This document shows positions 60,005-64,000 of a stretch of DNA of 64,000 bases, one piece after another. The stretch spans positions 64,001 through 128,000 of the forward strand of contig JBGASG010000010.1 of assembly GCA_044229845.1 (NCBI GenBank), written 5' to 3'. A program made the translations under genes and the position numbers. How positions within the stretch are numbered: position 1 is the first letter of the stretch; the number at the start of each line of letters is the position of its first letter. The notes under the pieces are model-generated. The model had not been told where the DNA came from. It was given only the letters and a program-made list of their open reading frames with translations, and ran no database searches. This stretch comes from Candidatus Obscuribacteraceae bacterium (GTDB lineage: Bacteria > Cyanobacteriota > Vampirovibrionia > Obscuribacterales > Obscuribacteraceae).

Positions 60005-61954
60005 CTAGTACCAGCCTTTTCGCATAGCTTTTACGACCACTTCTACCCTATCCGAAATGATGTAGCACTCAGCTTCCTGATAGCCCGCCCGCATAAACTG
60101 CGAACGGCTGCGCAGGAGATGACGATACTCCTCGTCGATGGTCTGGTAGATGACATTGCGCACCCGCTCCGCCACCTGGCGAATCGGCTCGCCGTGCTCG
60201 GTGCCGAATAACTGTTCGGCAAGCGCGATGTAGTCTCGCAATTTGACGCCCACGCCCAGATGCCCGTTGGCGAGCGCCAGGCGCACACAGTCTTCCAGCT
60301 GTTCGCGACACTTGGTCAATTCGTAGACCAGCACTTCCGGTACACAATTGGAATTGAACAGTGTCTGCACCGACTTCATATCGCGCAAGCAGGAGAGCAA
60401 TTGGAAGTCATAGTCGCCGGAGAGAAGCTGTCCAGCCGAGCCAATGAGTACATCAAGCCTGGAGTTGATTGCCCTGACATAGTCGGTCCAGAGCTTGGCG
60501 TTCTTCGCATCTTTGAAAAGATGCATGGCACGCTGCCGTTCAGCCGGAGTCAAATGCTGATCGGCACGCAATCGCAGCACAGCCAGCAAAAACATGTGGC
60601 TGGGCGCGTAGCCGACACCCTCCGCATATTTCTCCCAGAGCGGCATGATCTTGTCGGCATGGCGACCGTATTGCAAACGCAAGTCGTCGGCAATCATGCG
60701 GATGATCAACACATCCTGCCCCATGTGTCCAAGCTCGTGCAAGAGCGCCGACATGACGTCTTCCGACATCGGCTCGTCTTCGAATAAAATCCAGCGCTGC
60801 AAGTTGACGATGCCTTCGCCGACTATATAGGAAGCGACGGAGTTGTCATTGCGATCGATGAGATTGAGTTGCGCGTACGGCAAGCTCAAAAGCGTGGTAA
60901 TCTGCGTTACCAGCGGCTGCAACTCTTGAATGCGCCGCTCGCTAATCTGCGTTAGCTGGTGGCGCAGAGTCTCCACCTTTTCGTTTAACAGCGCGTGTTG
61001 AGGATCGCCTTCTTCAAGGCCATCGAGGTCGTTGCTGCCGCGCACGAATTCCAGATACAGATCATTTGCCGGCAGTCCATCTTGCCAGCGGAAATTGGCA
61101 CCGAGTTGCACCAGGTAATAGAGCAGCCTGACGTCGGCCATGGGGAAGAAGTCCAGCCCTTGCGGGACGACGCCTTCCGTTTGCCAGTGGTGCATCAACC
61201 AGCGCGTCGCCAGCGCCGAGATCTCATCGTCACCATCCCTGGTGGCATACCAGTAGGCGCGTTCCCGCATCGGTCCCGGCAGCGAAGACAGCATCCGGAT
61301 CGATTCGGTCTTGACGCACTTATGCACGTGATTGGACTTGTAGAGATACTTGCACCCACCCGGTTCCGGATCTCCGAGAATCTCGCACAAGGCGGACATC
61401 TGCTGCTTCGGATCGAGGCTCAGGCACTGCCACAGAAGCGGGAAGTAATAGGCGGACCAGTTGCTGTCGTCGGTCAATTGCCCGATCAAACTGAGCACCG
61501 CCGATAGTTTGGCTTTGTTTTCGGCGATCAAAAGCGGAATATGATCCGCCTGCAATCGCTCGAGCAAAATGCCGCGTGCCAGGTCGTTGTCTTCTTTATC
61601 AACGATGCCTTGCAGAGCCGGAATAGCAGCCGCTGAATTGCCGCGCGCCAGACTCTCGAGCAGTTGCAGCGATAACTCTTTTTCTTTGAGTTCATGAATC
61701 TCGTGAATGGCCACTTCGATCAGATCTTCGTCCACGGCTGCTTCAGCAAAGCGAATCAGCTCAGTGAAATTGCTGGTAGAAACCAGCAGCCGCAGCTGAA
61801 TTTTGGCCGACTGCTCCTGGCGGAGCTTGGTCATTTCAGCGTTTTCCGGGACGGCATCCGCCGTCTTTTTCAAAAGCTTGTTTCCAGCAGTCTCCAGTAC
61901 ACTCGTCGCCGCAGCGACAAGCCGGGTCACCGGATTATCTATTGATAGTTGCAT
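60005..61954 (-). CDS. Helical-repeat protein with HExxH zinc-metallopeptidase-like motif
   Basis: 649 aa, Leu-rich helical N-terminus; SALLHELGHMGQD; distal QEAECY. Confidence 0.55.
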   Translation of the reverse strand: MQLSIDNPVTRLVAAATSVLETAGNKLLKKTADAVPENAEMTKLRQEQSAKIQLRLLVSTSNFTELIRFAEAAVDEDLIEVAIHEIHELKEKELSLQLLESLARGNSAAAIPALQGIVDKEDNDLARGILLERLQADHIPLLIAENKAKLSAVLSLIGQLTDDSNWSAYYFPLLWQCLSLDPKQQMSALCEILGDPEPGGCKYLYKSNHVHKCVKTESIRMLSSLPGPMRERAYWYATRDGDDEISALATRWLMHHWQTEGVVPQGLDFFPMADVRLLYYLVQLGANFRWQDGLPANDLYLEFVRGSNDLDGLEEGDPQHALLNEKVETLRHQLTQISERRIQELQPLVTQITTLLSLPYAQLNLIDRNDNSVASYIVGEGIVNLQRWILFEDEPMSEDVMSALLHELGHMGQDVLIIRMIADDLRLQYGRHADKIMPLWEKYAEGVGYAPSHMFLLAVLRLRADQHLTPAERQRAMHLFKDAKNAKLWTDYVRAINSRLDVLIGSAGQLLSGDYDFQLLSCLRDMKSVQTLFNSNCVPEVLVYELTKCREQLEDCVRLALANGHLGVGVKLRDYIALAEQLFGTEHGEPIRQVAERVRNVIYQTIDEEYRHLLRSRSQFMRAGYQEAECYIISDRVEVVVKAMRKGWY

Positions 61955-62250
61955 ATTGCTACGCCCATAAGCCCACAGGGAAAGTTGTGGGAAGACCGCC
62001 GCTATTTGCTCAAATGTAGTTCAGGGACTGAGATTGCTCTAGGGTAAATGTACGTACTCGGCGAGCCTAGATAATTAAATCTAATCCGGCGACAGACACC
62101 GGATTCCGCCAGGGACCTGGCTGGCCCAGCACTGGGCCGAGAGATGCTTTCTTGTCCGCGCACGGGGCCGGATTCGGAGAATCAGACATCGCAGCGTGCT
62201 GATGCGGCCACGTACGGGGCCAGCGAAAAAGAATTCGCTGGGGTCTGCTT

Positions 62251-62988
62251 CTAGATGCGACCAGCCATACGGAAGAGGTCGGAGAACGTATCGAAGATCA
62301 CCGAGAACTTGCCACCGGAGGCGCCTTGCGAGAGGCGGGGCAGGTGCTCGATGGGAATCTCGACTACTCTGAACCCATTGCGGGCGGTGCGGATGCACAG
62401 TTCTGCATCGACGAACGGCGTATGCGATTCCAGCTCAATTTTGTTGAGAATCGAGCGGCGGAACAGCTTGATCGAGTTCACATCTTTGAAGGAACTTCCG
62501 TAGCACAGACGCAACATCAGGTTGTAGACGCCCGATTGGAACTTGCGACGCGGCGGGTCATTGCGGTGCACCCGCCAGCCGATGACCAGGTCGTGATTGA
62601 GCAGACCTTCCGCCATCTTGATCAGTTCTTTCGGCGCAAACTGATAGTCGCCGGGCAGAGAGAAGACGTATTCCATGCTGCCTGCATAATACAGTTCGCG
62701 AATCGTGCGTCCGAAGCCCTGGTTGACCTCGTGGTTGATGACCTTCAGTTTGGGGAATTTTTCCGCCAATCCGTGCAGGACGTTCAACGTGTTGTCTTTG
62801 CTGCCATCGTTGACGACGATGATTTCATAGTCGCCGCAGATTTCTTGCAAGAGACAGTCGGCATCTTGCACCAGCTTCGGTACCGTCGTCTCGTCGTTAT
62901 AAGCCGGAATGATCACTGACACCGAAGATAGTGGCAGCACAAATCGGCTTTGCAGGAGAGCGCCTGTTCTTTGTGTTTGGTTAGGCAT
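62251..62988 (-). CDS. GT2 glycosyltransferase
   Basis: SVIIPAYND, VNDGSKDNT, NQGFG; start could be 63012. Confidence 0.88.
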   Translation of the reverse strand: MPNQTQRTGALLQSRFVLPLSSVSVIIPAYNDETTVPKLVQDADCLLQEICGDYEIIVVNDGSKDNTLNVLHGLAEKFPKLKVINHEVNQGFGRTIRELYYAGSMEYVFSLPGDYQFAPKELIKMAEGLLNHDLVIGWRVHRNDPPRRKFQSGVYNLMLRLCYGSSFKDVNSIKLFRRSILNKIELESHTPFVDAELCIRTARNGFRVVEIPIEHLPRLSQGASGGKFSVIFDTFSDLFRMAGRI

Positions 62989-63018
62989 GACGTGGTCCGT
63001 TCCTTTGTACATCCAGTC

Positions 63019-64000
63019 TTACGGGGTGATGATCGGCTGTTGGGCCGGCTGCGGCACAAATATTCCGGAAGACTTGCGCGCCTTTTGACGCTGCAAAGCT
63101 TCACGTACTTCTTTGATTACCGTTTCGACTTCTTCGTCTGTCAGATGCGGATGCATCGGCAGACTCAAGATGGAATTAGCGGCGCGCTCGGTATGCGGCA
63201 GGTCGCCTTCTTTATAGCCGAGGTGTCGATACGCCAGCTGCAGGTGAGCCGGTATCGGGTAGTGAATGAGGGTTTGCACTCCACGCGCTGCCAGTTGTTT
63301 CTGCAGATCGTCGCGGTTTTCTGTGCGAATCACATAAAGGTGGTAGACGTTCGGAGCGCCCTGCACTTCATATGGTGCCACCACCACATCCATCAAACCT
63401 TCTGTGTATTTGTGGGCGATCGAGCGGCGTTTGTGATTCCACTGCGGCAAGAAAGGCAGCTGGGCGGCGAGAATCGCGGCTTGCATTTCATCGAGACGGC
63501 TGTTGATACCAATCTCGTCATGGTGGTAGCGCACGGTCTGTCCGTAATTGCGCAGCTTCAAGAGCTTCTGGTAGTCCTCTTCGGTCTGGCAGGCAACTGC
63601 GCCGCCATCACCGAAAGCGCCCAGGTTTTTGCTCGGGTAGAAGGAGAAAGCGCTGAAACGACCGATGGAGCCGGCTTTGCGCATGTTGTAAGTAGCGCCA
63701 GTCGCCTGGGCGACGTCTTCAATAACCGGAATGCCATAGCGGTCGGCCAGTTCCATAAGAGGATCCATGTCCACCATCTGTCCGTAGAGGTGGACAGGCA
63801 CAATGGCTTTGGTGCGCGACGTGATTTTGGCGGCGACTTTCGACACATCCATCACATAGGTTTGCGGATTGATGTCGACGAAAACCGGCTCGGCGTAGGC
63901 CATCGAGATGGCATTAATAGTAGGTACGGCCGTGTGGGCTACGGTAATCACCTGGTCGCCGGGATTGACGCCGGCGGCAGCCAGGGCAAGGTAAATCGCT
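63019..64000 (-). CDS. DegT/DnrJ/EryC1 sugar aminotransferase (5' end beyond window)
   Basis: GDQVITVAHT, PVHLYGQ, EDVAQA, SFYPSKNLGAFGDGG, NSRLDE. Confidence 0.93.
   Translation of the reverse strand, partial: AIYLALAAAGVNPGDQVITVAHTAVPTINAISMAYAEPVFVDINPQTYVMDVSKVAAKITSRTKAIVPVHLYGQMVDMDPLMELADRYGIPVIEDVAQATGATYNMRKAGSIGRFSAFSFYPSKNLGAFGDGGAVACQTEEDYQKLLKLRNYGQTVRYHHDEIGINSRLDEMQAAILAAQLPFLPQWNHKRRSIAHKYTEGLMDVVVAPYEVQGAPNVYHLYVIRTENRDDLQKQLAARGVQTLIHYPIPAHLQLAYRHLGYKEGDLPHTERAANSILSLPMHPHLTDEEVETVIKEVREALQRQKARKSSGIFVPQPAQQPIITP

Noticed and set aside
62081..62250. Short GC hairpins and a 105-aa ORF downstream of the GT2 gene
   Set aside because: No tRNA or known ncRNA pattern; hairpins are short and expected at this GC content; ORF lacks coding character.

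Overview
Gene-dense bacterial chromosomal segment with about 55 CDS. It has no rRNA, tRNA, CRISPR array, transposase or prophage gene. Gene content and synteny (stand-alone gatC; Sll1769-like/ABC1 kinase/PP2C trio; ARC6-type IMS domain; ArgZ-like hydrolase; many TPR, caspase and Ser/Thr kinase proteins; no photosynthesis genes) suggest a non-photosynthetic cyanobacterial relative (Vampirovibrionia/Melainabacteria, possibly Obscuribacterales); this is an inference. Housekeeping genes: gatC, pyrG, clpB, larC, dusB, rpoZ, gmk, rqcH/NFACT, lexA, galE, glf, maf, hemL. Most interesting: (1) a tandem array of five divergent ~250-aa paralogs of a family I do not recognise (51710-55639), all with His at residue 6 and a shared DW..FG..IPGxDGxTY core; (2) a translationally coupled pair of an arginine-synthetase (ArcE/COG2403)-like gene and a stand-alone ArgZ-like guanidino hydrolase; (3) a 6S-like structured ncRNA at ~37695-37875 on the minus strand; (4) a ~1455-aa TPR / charged single-helix / TPR protein; (5) a divergent AhcY-like enzyme coupled to Maf; (6) an IMS-domain + M23 + TolA-like envelope operon. 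All calls come from motif reading and recall, not database searches.
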